A stretch of 63,093 nt of DNA, counting the filler, from Choristocarpus tenellus KU-1152 (Eukaryota; Protista; Phaeophyceae): assembly GCA_964200185.2 (NCBI GenBank). It is 10 parts of 10 records of this genome, joined end to end, with 100 filler letters (N's around TTAATTAATTAA, not from the genome) between each part and the next. Parts side by side here need not be neighbours in the genome. Positions count along the whole stretch, not along the records: positions 35,170 to 38,063 come from CAXNAD020023846.1; positions 38,164 to 45,934 come from CAXNAD020005608.1; positions 46,035 to 53,884 come from CAXNAD020005494.1; 7 more parts are not named here. One strand, 5' to 3'. The translations under genes and the position numbers were made by a program. Of the stretch, positions 36,506 through 48,339 are shown in pieces (position 1 is the stretch's first letter; every line of letters starts with the position of its first letter). The notes under the pieces were generated by a model. The model was not told where the DNA came from. It saw only the letters and a program-made list of their open reading frames with translations, and made no database searches.

Positions 36506-37157
36506 GTTCCTGCCCAAGGTGCTCCATCACACACATGGGCGAATGTGCCAACGTGGAGATTGTGGGCAACGAGAGGCACAAGGATCGATTGTGTATCAAT
36601 TGCCCCGTGGCACAAGAAGGCAGTGAAGGGACTGGACCGATGGGGAACGCAGCAGCGGGTCGGGGCAGGGGCAAGGGTAAGGGTAAATGTAACGCAAGGA
36701 GTGCGGGTAGGTCACCCAGCAGGCAAAGCCTTTTTCGTCCCCCCTCACGCAGCGAAACGGGGGATATGGAGAAGTGCATGTGGGTCTCGGCGTGGTTGCA
36801 CATTATACGGACATACAAGTCGTCTCTGCGTGTTCGGTTTCGCGTTGGTTTGCACGTGGGTCTCGGCTGGTTGTACATCATGTGGATTGCTCGTCCTTTG
36901 TGTGTTCGATAAGGCGTTTTTTTGGAGGTTTCCATGGGCCATGGAACTTACTCGTTTGACATCTCCCCTCCTTCCACGAGATGTATCTGATGGGTCTAGC
37001 TAGCGTTGTGGAGGGTACAGCTTAATATTTTGGGGATGCCGGGAAAATATTATCACATCCTCACTTATTGATACAATTGCCTGCACCGTTGTTTACGATG
37101 TTGTCCTTTTCATCGTGCTGTCTGTGTAATGTGTCATGTGTCATGATGTCCAACCAG

Positions 37158-37420
37158 GACTGAGAACACTGCACTACACGACCTTCGCCCTCTTGACCCG
37201 ACGCTACCCTTAGACGGCCTGAAAGACTTCGCCTTCCGTAACGCCCCAAAGCTCGCCATAGTGTCCATCGCCACTGAGCCAAGACTCCTCAACGACAAAG
37301 AGGCGACCAACACCCACTTGCGCCAGGTGATGAGGTACTTGCAGGTGAAGATACATTCTCAGGGCACCATCGCTCTATTTGTGCCCCACCCGTGGGCCGT
37401 GCCATCACACCGCCTACACG
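37158..37420 (+). CDS. Probable internal exon of an unknown protein
   Basis: ccaaccag|...G|gtgagt borders around an open frame: TENTALHDLRPLDPTLPLDGLKDFAFRNAPKLAIVSIATEPRLL...GTIALFVPHPWAVP. Confidence 0.5.
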
Positions 37421-37874
37421 GTGAGTTGCAGAGTTCGCCAGCGCTGAAATACAGGGTGTATTGCGGGAGACTATTGCAATCCGCCATGGCCGTTATCAGT
37501 CTGCCCGCGTCTCGATCGGAAACGGTGGCGGCCGTTCAAGAGATGCGGATTCTGTCGTGTGTCTTTTTTTTTCGCTTTCCCCATGTTGTTTCATCTTCTT
37601 CATACCTTGTATTTCCTTTTGTGTCTTTTGCTCTTCCCCCCCGTGTCCTTCATAGTTCTTTGTTTAATTGTCCGTGAATCGCATGCTGGTGTTACTTGTC
37701 TTCACTACGTTTTTTTTGCCGTCTTTCCTTCTATTTCAGAAATTCCTATTGTTTGCATTTTTGCATTTGTTATTTGGCTTGCGTTCCACCCTCATGTACT
37801 ATTATTATGTTAGTGGTATGCGATTTCATGAAGCTCAACGATACCGTACTTGTGTGCTGTCACTGTCGAGTTTA

Positions 37875-38063
37875 GAGTGAAAGTATCTCAGAAGGTACGA
37901 GTTTTGCCCTATTTGTCCATTTGGGGTTGACTTTCCATGAGTTTTTTTAATGATATATCCTACTCCGAAATGTTTCAGGGTAGGTAAAATGTTTACGTTA
38001 CGAAAAGGTGTGTCTGGAACAAGGATATTGACACTTCCTAACAAACACAATAACCAAAATTAC
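37875..38063. mobile_element. MITE family B, truncated by contig end
   Basis: Left TIR GAGTGAAAGTATCTCAGAAGG followed by family B internal sequence. Confidence 0.9.
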
Positions 38064-38439
38064 NNNNNNNNNNNNNNNNNNNNNNNNNNNNNNNNNNNNN
38101 NNNNNNNTTAATTAATTAANNNNNNNNNNNNNNNNNNNNNNNNNNNNNNNNNNNNNNNNNNNNGGATCGGGTGGGAGATGGACAGCTACATCAGGTTGTC
38201 CATTTGAGGTATAACCAGGAAAAGTGCACTTACATTATCCATCCGACATATGCAACCAAATCACCCAAAAATCGCGACATAAAAAAATTGGCCCCAGTTG
38301 GACAGCCGCCACCCCCCCCAGATACTTTGAGCCAATAATTACATCAAGTCAATCAGGGGGAGGAGACTCGTGGTAAAATAGTGTGTGTACAGAGATGTGT
38401 GTACACCTCTGGTTATAGTTGTGCTAAGTGGAGGTATGA

Positions 38440-38961
38440 GACCTATGAGTGAAAGTATCTTAGAGGGTACGAGTTTTGCCCTGTTTGTCCATTTATGGCT
38501 TGGCTTCCCTCGGGGTTTTTAATGACGTTTTTCTACTCAAAAATATTTCGGGGAAGGTAAATGTATACGTTATGAAAAGGTGTGCCCGGAACAAGGTTAT
38601 TGACACTTCCTAACAAACACAATATCCAAAATTACATCAAAATTGCAACATTGGATTTGGACCCCAAATGGACGCGGCTCTACCCTCTCAGATACTTCGA
38701 CTCCTAGTATCTTAGAGGGGGGGGTATTTAGCTTAGGTTGTCCATTCGAGGGGTGTTGCAAGATAACCTAGTTTGGTGCCTGTTTTGCGATTGATTGCTT
38801 TCGGATTTGGTTTGGGCAAGGGGATGAAAAGGAAGGTGCGTTCAGATGAAGGAAATTGCCCTTACTTACTGACACATTCACTCACATGACATGGAAATCT
38901 CTACAGGTTCACACAGGACCCAAATGGACACCTGAACCCCACCTCTAGGATACTATGGGTC
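38440..38961. mobile_element. MITE family B2 (TSD ATGA) with a family B copy (38447-38703) nested in its left TIR
   Basis: ATGA|GACCTAT-[B]-CTAGTATCTTAGAGG...CCTCTAGGATACTATGGGTC|ATGA. Confidence 0.85.
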
Positions 38962-39069
38962 ATGAGGTAAGAAGGAATGGGGCAGAACTAAAGGTAAAGT
39001 CAAAGGTGGTGGTGCAGGACAAGCACTGGAAATATCACGGCAACCTCCGAGCAATCTTTCAAACAAGGG

Positions 39070-40060
39070 ATGGCAGAAAAAAGGGTTAAGGAGACCTTGA
39101 ACCATCCCTCGATGTGGGAGGGCTTGGTGGGAAGAGGAGAGAGGGGGAGACGGGTAGGAAGGGAGAGGTTAGGGGGTGGAAGAAGAAAAGGGGTCTTAGG
39201 CAGGAGAGTAACCAGAGAGCAGAAATGGTGGCCAAACGAGTCTGGGAAGAAATTGAGCGGGCTAGGAGAGAATTGGTGGACAGCGACAAGGGCGAGGAAA
39301 AGAAAATAAGAGAAGGGGAAGAAGATAAAGAAAAGGGTGAGGAGAATATCAATGACCTACGAGAAAACCAGCGAGCACTCTCTAAGGATGTGACTGAACT
39401 AGCAAAAGGAGTGAATCAGCTAATGATAATATTTGGAGGAGCAAATGGGGACCACTCACCCCTATCTTATTGCATGAGCCCACTGAGCGGGTGAGGAGAA
39501 GGAATTCCGAGGGAAGGAAGAGAGATGGGAGGATTCTCATCTCTAGTGGAAAAGATGAAAAAGAAAACGATGAACCAAGTCTGGACGAGAACCAATGTGA
39601 GGGGATACTTTGTGTTGGTGGGGGGTATTGCCTCTTTTTCTTCAAGGAGGGGACGCGCGTCATCAGGACGAGAAGAGTTGAAGCGTATTATTGAGGAGAA
39701 AGCTGGTGTCACAGAGGCAGTGGCGGAGCAGCTGAGTCAATTTGCGGCATTCGACATAACAGAGTATATCCCTAAAGGAGAAATTGGAAGGCCTACAAAC
39801 AAAAGGGAGAATGACATGCCGCACTATTTCAACTGCTTTGTTTTGGTGGCGGAAAAATATACTACTACGGAAAAGAATGGAAGACAGGACAGAGGAGGAC
39901 AGTCGACGTAATCGAAGAAATAGAAGAGATGAGGAGGAAGGTGTGAAATTTCGACGGTGCTAACAAACTAGTACTGATTGACCACCCAAGGATTCTAGAT
40001 CTGGTGTATCGAGCAGTTGGGAAGATATAGAAACATGGTCTATAAGGATTTATCACGGGC
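39070..40060 (+). pseudogene. Frameshifted, charged coiled-coil ORF remnant, possibly a non-LTR retrotransposon ORF1
   Basis: Overlapping broken ORFs at 39070-39309, 39114-39494 (DLRENQRALSKDVTELAKGVNQL heptads) and 39525-39911, with no splice signals. The family is not recognised with certainty. Confidence 0.3.
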
Positions 40061-41717
40061 AGCGGATATAATTGGCCACAACTAAACTTCGCCCCTGGCC
40101 CAGGAATTGTGACTCCCTCCTCCCCCGCTGCAACGGTCTAAAATACTGGACATAACCTTAAGCCAGGATAGGAACATGCTGCCATCTCTATATTACACAG
40201 AACCCTGTCAAGATCCATTAAGAGGACGAGCCTGCGAGGGTTAGGAGTGTATTTAGGGGCTATGTAGATGTGCATCTTCAATCATTTATCCTGTCGTTGT
40301 CGAATTGCAAGATGTGGAATATCTGGAAAATAGTTGGTGTGTTAGATGTTTTGCTGAATCATTGCTTCTTCTGACAAATTCTAAATCTATTGCTTCATAC
40401 TTGGTGCAGTGCAATGCAGAAAATAAAAAAAACCGATGAACGCTCCTTTCTACACTGAAGTCAAAAACGGTACATGCCACACTGTAAGTAACAATAAAAT
40501 ATAGTTTGGTGAAATGTAGGAAGTTGAAAAATAATCATTGATTTGGAGCCCTTCAATAAAAAAAAGTGCGGGATCACACCAGCAGGTGTCATCACAGCTA
40601 TCATGTTTTTCTTTTTGATTTCCTCAGGAACATATCATCTATCATTGCCTTTTGATTCCATAATTGCTTATCAAGTGTTACAGACCACCTGAACCACTTG
40701 GGTGTACCTTAGGTGAAATATGTAGAGACGCAGGAGTGCCCTAACTCAGAGCCCCAAGTACATAGAAACCTTCAAACAGTCGGCACACCTTAGACTTTCC
40801 TTCTATGATTGAGTTGCACACTACATGAAGCATGTTGCAACATACTGAACAAAATACAACACTGAGAATATGAACCACATAATTCCCTGAATATGTGCCA
40901 TAAAAGTCAGTCTGGAATATACCACGCCCTGACACTTAGCCCTGCATCGAAATTGCAGCATAGTTCTAGAGAGCAAAGTGACTATGCTTTGTAGTACCTC
41001 CAAGACAGAGCATCCTCTTCAGATAAACCAATTTTTTGTCATAAAATGAAATTAGAACCATGTTGGGTAGAAACCCTGGTTTGCACCTGGTCCATTTTGG
41101 ACACTGTTTGGGAATATGCTTACTTTACGCACTTCTTGTGTGGGACAATGGTTGGGTATGGTCACAAATGAACTTGGTGGTGGTTCCAATCCAGACTAAC
41201 TCTGTTCTCATACACTTCCGAACACATCAAGCCCCTCCACTTTCCCAACCACCAGATACCTGTGCTCGGTTAAGTGTTCATATACATCTCTGAACAAAAA
41301 AGAGAGCTCACTCATGCATACCACAGCGCCATTATGTTATAGGCATACGTTTGAAATGCATACTCATAACGTGGTGATAGCCAGTGAAGCATAATTCCAT
41401 TACTTCACAGTACCGACATTACTTGTATTACCTACCATAAAATACAAAAATATATTTGTATCGGCAGCTATATCAGAAAAAACAGACACAAGGAAAGTAA
41501 AAAAAAATGTTAAATAGCTGCTGACAATTGGTCAAGAAGAACAGTAACTCCCTCATAGAAGGGGGGGCAAGGTGAAAGAGGGAAAGTGCAATGGAAGCCA
41601 GGGGATGGAGACACGAAATATCCAAGAAAGGGTGGCCCCGTACCCTATTTGGCTCAACACTCTCAGATAATGCACTCCATCATTGTTGATGCTTTTGAAA
41701 AAGTATGTAGAAATTGA

Positions 41718-44066
41718 TCAAGCCTTTGAAGTTTCTGCTTGATACGTGCCAGTGGTAACAGGAATACCAACAGCTATCTGTGAGTTCTGGCGATCTACTT
41801 CCTCAGCCTCGGTGACCTTGTAGAATGACCACGCCACCTGAAATTGGCATTGAAAAAGATAGGGGGATAAAAGATCAGTGGTTAGTTGAGGTACGAGTGT
41901 GTTGCCTTGAGATGCACATCTTTCTTTCTTCTTGGGAAGTTCATTCTTGATAGCCTGATACTGCCACAAGTAATCACCCTAAGTATTACAGTTCAAAGCA
42001 ACACAAGGGATTGTTGTCAGCTAGAGGGAGAGAGGAGGGGCGGGGGGCAACTGTTTCCTAACTCTGGAACAGAAGATACTATTCTAAAACTGCACCCCCC
42101 ACTGCTATTCTTAAGCAGACTTGAAAAAGACCACCAGTGATACTGTCCTTGTTCATCTAATATCCATTTCCAGAACCTCTCATTATAGAAAAGTCCCTGC
42201 AAAGCTTATAGTGCATGTTCTATTTCTGAATTACAAAAAAATCTTGATTACCCAGTCTACCTGATACATTTGAAGCAATCCAAAACAATCAATGGTTGGT
42301 CACAACTATATTCTTAACTAGACCTACAAAAGGTATGTAAGGGGGTCAAAATTACTCCCACTCTCTTATTTGGGTGAAAGCATATGGAGGAGATGGGAGG
42401 GAGAATACAGTAAGGGGAAAAGGCTTTATTGACAGCTACAAAAAAAGGTTTCGAAAATGGACACAAAAAGGGTCAAGAATCGGGATGATATCCCTAACAT
42501 AAATTGTGCAATGAAGGTAAGGGCTTGAAAGGTCATTCTGATATGAAAACAAGAAGAATATCGGGACAGTGAGAAAGTGATGAGGGGAGTTGTCCACTAT
42601 ATTGTACAGTGATGGTCAAAAAGAGATTTTCACATGGTTCACACAGGAAAGTTAGAGTAAACAACTATGAATCACTTATTTCAGGTAACCACAAATGAGG
42701 TTAAGAGAGAAAATTCTGCAACATCATAATAATAGTTGAGGTTAAGAGAGAAAATTCTGCAACATCATAATAATAGTTGACCCCTGTCTCCAGGAAAAAA
42801 ATCTACCAATGTAGCAATCCAAACAAAGAATAAAACAACATATAGTGATCTCATCATGTTTGTGTCATTCATGTGTTGACGGACTTCAATATGGAGGAAG
42901 CTTGCAGGTTGGTTTGTGGAGGGGTTATTACATGCCTTGGCAAAATAAAGTCCGAAAATTGCGCCAATAAAGATGGAGAATAAGTTGCCCAACACATAGT
43001 CTGCCGTGTAGCAGTAGGGCATGTAGAATAAGCCCACCACCACCGTGCCCACTAGCGACGCAATGCTGGAGTAGTAGAACCACTTGGCCCATTTGGGAGA
43101 TCGAGTGCACAGTGCAACGATTCCGATTATGCCGTAGATGAGACTGAGGGCACCTGTTTTTTGTGTTGGGGTGAGAGTGAGGGAACAAGGGAGAACAGTA
43201 GTGGTATAACAGAGAATGGAAAAGACTGTTAAATCAAAGACATCAGTATAAAACAGAAAAATCGATATCATTACCGAAACATTTCGAGTAGCTGATTACA
43301 CTATCACATGTGTACGCACTGTGCAATTCACTTTTACCTTCCTCACAATGCTTGGCATTTCCATGACAAACCTCACAACACCTTGCACATGTTACAATTT
43401 GCAAACACTTTCGATTCAGCTACATCCATCAAATTATTTACAGTCGTGTATTTTGCTGATTTACAACACCAGAAACAAGAGAATCCATACAATTTTTTGA
43501 GCAAGTTCTTGCAAAAGGAAGAAGAGGCGGGCCAAGAACCATTGTGCTCACAATTGCTCGTGTTGCACCTCAATACGAATTCAAGAACTAGGACTCCTCC
43601 TGCCTACAACATAATCAATCAACACAAAGTGATGTTCGATAAATATATGCATACCTGAAAAAACTAAAACTAGTTGGTTGTACAGAAAGAAGCACATATA
43701 CTTGCTGTGTGAAATCTACCTGAGGATGGAAAAAGAAAGGTCAATCCCGAGTAACCTTTGTTTTACTATCATTCCACCCCTTACCCTGTTCGAGAATAAG
43801 GCAACAGTTGGAATTTTTCTGGTAGGTACATCCTCCTGTTTTGCCGGTATATGTACACTTAGCATGGGGTACAAGTAGAAGGATGGAAGGTGGGTCTGGG
43901 CTGTCTAGTCAATTTACCTCAACTGTGTCTCGTAAACAAGAAAAAAGACTCACCAATCATTACAGAAATCTGGCCAAGGAAGCTCTGAGTAAATTCTAGT
44001 GTGACGTTGCTTGACTCTATGACCTTCATGAGAACATTGCATTCATCGGTCTGGACAGTCAAGCTA
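41718..44066 (-). CDS. Small multi-pass membrane protein (last three exons)
   Basis: Exons 43954-44066, 42936-43153 (GALSLIYGIIGIVALCTRSPKWAKWFYYSSIASLVGTVVVGLF...LFSIFIGAIFGLYFAK, GC donor) and 41718-41837 (VAWSFYKV...SKA*). Phases are consistent and there are three hydrophobic segments. Confidence 0.8.
42697..42780. repeat. ~42-bp perfect tandem duplication in an intron
   Basis: GAGGTTAAGAGAGAAAATTCTGCAACATCATAATAATAGTT x2. Confidence 0.9.
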
Positions 44067-44070
44067 CTGC

Positions 44071-44313
44071 ATATCTTAGAGGGTACGAGTTTTGCCCTGT
44101 TATTCCGTTTGGAGCTTGGTTTCCCGCAGGTTATTTTATGAAATTTTACCTACTCTGAAACATTTCATAGTGGGTAAAATGTTTACATTTCAAGAAGGAA
44201 TAATGATACTGACACTTCCTAACAAATACGATAGCCAAATTTCATCAAAAATCGCAACATTGGACTTTGGTTCCCAAATGGACGCGGCTCTAACCTCTAA
44301 GATATTTTGACTC
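44071..44313. mobile_element. MITE family B, left TIR clipped, abutting a splice acceptor
   Basis: ATATCTTAGAGGGTACGAG...CTCTAAGATATTTTGACTC. Confidence 0.88.
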
Positions 44314-44419
44314 AAAATCATTATTGCCTCGGTAAGACCCTCGGGGCAACACTCAAAGCTTGATAATCTCAGAGAGGAATTATCAAATCAAAGTGACCAA
44401 TTCGCATTTGTTTTTTTGA

Positions 44420-44895
44420 TGTGGAAAGCATGTTTGTCGTTATACTGTTATTGCTGTATGATATATACTACCGTACCTTTATATCGTTATATCGTTATAC
44501 CTTTATACCGTTGTACCGTTGTACCGTTGTGTCGTTATACCGTTGTATCGATTGAGGTTCCTTGTCAAGCATCCATGATTCCAATGGCGGACCTTCCATC
44601 AGAATTAAACCATGGAATCTCTTCAAGAGATCGATCCCATATACTTGGGACAGCTTGTCATTTGGAGTTACACATGAAAAATCCACTCTGTTCTCATGTC
44701 TTGGCGTGTGGTGATGAAGCCCCATCTCTGAAGATGCTCATCAGTCCCCAATTTGCACTTGTCCAACCTTAACCTCATTCCTCCGGTTACAGTTCGTCGT
44801 TGTCCCGTCTGGTCCGCCTTGCCCGGTGATTCTCTTCGCCACCCTTACCTGAGTGAACCACACCGCCACAGAATCATACAATTCACATTGGCGAC
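44420..44895 (+). mobile_element. Long-TIR element family C, one TIR missing
   Basis: Begins TGTGGAAAGCATGTTTGTC; its internal sequence is the reverse complement of 45064-45401. Confidence 0.85.
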
Positions 44896-44983
44896 ACCGG
44901 TGACCTCAGATATAGGATGACAGGGAGTTTTTTGTTGGACTATGGACGAAATATGCCGAATTCAATATCAGAAGGGGGGATGA

Positions 44984-45484
44984 TGTGGAAAGCATGTTTG
45001 TCTGTCCTTATACCGTTGTTGATGTATGATATATCGTCATACCGTTATACTGTCGTACCGATTCACCAATGTGAAGCATGTGATTCTGTGGCGGCGCGAT
45101 TTACTCAGGAAAGGGTGGCGAAGAGAATCATCACTGGCAAGGAGGACCAGACGGGACAAAGACGAACCGTATCCAAGGGTACGAGGTTAAGGTTGGACAA
45201 GTGCAAATTGAGGACTGATACTTCAGAGATGGAGCTTCATCATCACAAGTCAAGACGTGAGAAAAAAGTGAATATTTCATCGTGACAACTCTGAATGACG
45301 AGCTGTCCCAAGTCTGTGGGATTGGTCTCGTGAAGAGATTCCATGGTTTCATTCTGATAGAAGGTCCGCCAGTGGAATCATGGATGCTTGACGAGGAACC
45401 TCAATCGGTACAATGGTATAACGGTACGTCGGTATATGTCATATGGAAATAGCAATATAACGACAGACAAACATGCTTTCCACA
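44984..45484 (-). mobile_element. Long-TIR element family C, complete (~500 bp, ~80-bp imperfect TIRs)
   Basis: TGTGGAAAGCATGTTTGTCTGT...GTACCGATT at the left end and AATCGGTAC...ACAGACAAACATGCTTTCCACA at the right; no clear TSD. Confidence 0.88.
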
Positions 45485-46149
45485 CAATAGTGAAATTTGA
45501 TCATTATTATGCCCTCAGACATTTTGCAGATGTGTACAGGGGGAAAACAATGAAAACTGTACAGTGTAAGCCCTAAAGAAATAAAATGTAATAAATGTGA
45601 AAACCCCTAACCCATTTGTTACTTCACCAGTATCTATGTTGTACTACTGCCCTCCTGTGACTCCAATCTACCTATACCTGTGTCCTGGGAGGAGCTAGGG
45701 AGGCACCCCAAGAATCCAATAAACCTCTCTGTGCCCATCTCTCTGGTCATTCCAGCTTAAGGCGCATGACACGTCTAGACATTGCCACTTGCATGGTTAC
45801 CGAGACAATTTGGCGTAGCCGGGATTTAGCTACTTCTTTTCTGCTATATTCTCCCGCCCCTCTCCCCCCTGGGTCAAAGTATCTGGGGGGGGTGGCGGCG
45901 GTCTATTTGGGGTCAATGTTTTCATGTCACTATTNNNNNNNNNNNNNNNNNNNNNNNNNNNNNNNNNNNNNNNNNNNNTTAATTAATTAANNNNNNNNNN
46001 NNNNNNNNNNNNNNNNNNNNNNNNNNNNNNNNNNCCCCCCCCCACTGTTCATTTTTCATGTGGTGCTGTTAGATGCAGTGGCTAGCTACTACCTGGAAGA
46101 ACTTTTCTTCCTCTTTTCCTCCTGGCAGAGACCCCCCCTGCCACGTTCA

Positions 46150-46480
46150 AAAAAGCATTATGTCCTGAGACAAAATATCAACAGAGCTGTGGAGTCAGTC
46201 CTATAGTGGTCAGAGCTGGTGATAGTGCCATGCAAGTGAACCAAGTTGAAGATTCAATTGAATATTTCAATATTTGTCCACATTACCACAGGCAGGCAAT
46301 TCTTTGGCTTACGCACTTAGCCATGTACTTATATCAGACAGATAATGCATTGACTTACAGAGTTATTTGACCCCCCCAAAATCAGTTTATGTCAAAATTC
46401 TACCCTAGACAAATCAATGCAAGGGGTTTTGTGGCCTGTTGACATAAAATTTTACAGAGACAGTCCCGAGTCCATCCAAA
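46150..46480 (+). mobile_element. Very decayed copia RNase H-like remnant
   Basis: DSIEYFNI...QAILWLTHL...LYQTDNA...PVDIKFY resembles STEAEY...LWLR...DN...KHIDIKFH. Confidence 0.4.
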
Positions 46481-46899
46481 GATCCAAAGCCATCAATTCC
46501 TCATTCAAGAATCCTGAGAAGTTTGGAGACAAATTTACCATCAGGATATGAACCTCACACATTTTCAGAAGAACCTTCTTGTTCAACACAATGATGGTGT
46601 TCAATCAAGGCTACAAATCCATCGGTGCTACAGCAAGAGGCAAGTAGTTGTTTTGAGAAAGCTTTACTAAACACACACTGACCGTAACTCAAGACAAACT
46701 ACATACATCACAGCACCTTTGTTTATTAGTTTAGTTGTGGCAATAGCATTGTTCAGTTGACACAACTTCAACGCCACACCTACTTTATTTGGTTGTGGTA
46801 CTTGAAGTACTTTGTTGGAATTTTGGCACATATTATTTGCAACAGCCTGTGCCATAATGTTGAGGGAGAGACGAGACCTCAGGGCAAGCATCACGGCAA

Positions 46900-48150
46900 G
46901 GTGAGAGACTGTTTCAATGCCAAGAACCAGAATTCAATTTCAAGTTAGTGTTCATCTCCTGCAGGGAGCTGCTATGTGCGTTGAGAGACTGTTTCAATGC
47001 CAAGAACCAGAATTCGATTTCAAGTTAGTGTTCATCTCCTGCAGGGAGCTGCTATGTGCGTCCAATGATGATTGTGATTCCTTCAACAATGCTAACTGAG
47101 GAAATGTGACATTCAACGCCCTGAATGAGAGGTTTGAGACTATGAGCGGGCAAAGAATGCAGGCCCTCTGACAGAGCCCAGACATCTGTTCCACGAAGCA
47201 GGGTAAGGACCTGGATATATACTTTGATCAAACAAGTTGACCTTCCTCAGCATCCACTTTATGGAGTTCCATATTTAGTGGCAAGATATTATTGTGTTGT
47301 CAACTTTGGTTAGCTCCACATTTCCAGCCTCAGGGTGAAACATGTATGTATTGTTTGACAGCACTGTCTTCCATCGGAAATGAGCTTTTGGCCTAGGCCA
47401 GGGATGAACACCATCTTTAACTTCTATTGGTTTGTTCTCCAATATTTAACTTGCCCCATCATTGTGCAGTTTCTACAGATATGAGTCTGAAACTCCCAGT
47501 GGTGGTGACTTGCATGGGATTTAGAGGTGGTGTAATGTCTTTGAGGAATAACATGGAGATGGCGAAGGTATCTCAGGGTCCACCATATATTTGTTGCTAC
47601 CACCACCTATCAATATAGTGATGAATGGACTGGAGGAAACACTTCCATACTCAATACTTTCAGGGTGGAAAACCTATAGCCATTGCTGAGATCATTTCAA
47701 TTTCCCCTCATTCTTTTCTTCCCCCTTTGTGAGAGAGACATTCAGAACCAGTGTGACTGGAGGAGTTATGAAAGCTAGACCACTTCTTCCTGGGCACGTT
47801 ACAAACTGTGGAGAAATGTCCAGCTTTTTTGCATGTGAATCAGGTCATTGTAGTCTTCTTATTGGCCTTCCCCTGAAAAGCATATTTCCCCCCAAAAAAT
47901 TGCTTTGTCTTGAAGGGTTTCTCTTGATGATAGCTGAGGTCATAGCACTTCCCCTTATATTCCCTTTTTCTGAATCTTTGGAAAAATACTACCTACCTCA
48001 TTGTGTTGACAAAATTTGCTCCCATCAGTCTTGCACTCTTTCCAGGCGGGCGTCCTTGATGGTTCTAATCTGGGAGATCAACTTGTCATATTTGAGTTTT
48101 AACCAACTGGATGGTACCCTTGAGGCGGAAGTCAGACATGTTCTTGCTCA
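46900..48150 (-). mobile_element. Decayed copia gag/protease region, with a ~78-bp duplication (46905-47061)
   Basis: Zinc-knuckle remnant FTCKKAGHFSTVC followed by KKWSSFHNSSSHTGSEC, and a DSA (DSGA-like) protease remnant. Many stops. Confidence 0.55.
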
Positions 48151-48339
48151 GTGACTCGTGTTGAACCTTTTGTTATGGCAAAAAAGACTGGTTACCTTGA
48201 TCTTGCCAACACAAAACTACTACAGCACAATTGAGAATCCAGCATTAATTCAATCGGAAAATCTCCTCCCTTGATGGTGAGTTGAGTGAATAAGAGCAAG
48301 AGGTCAGCAAAGCGAAATTAAATAATACAGAAAAAAGTA

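Noticed and set aside
46100-46650. Viral or Polinton capsid fragment
   Set aside because: The residual motifs fit a decayed copia RNase H better, and the flanks are copia debris.
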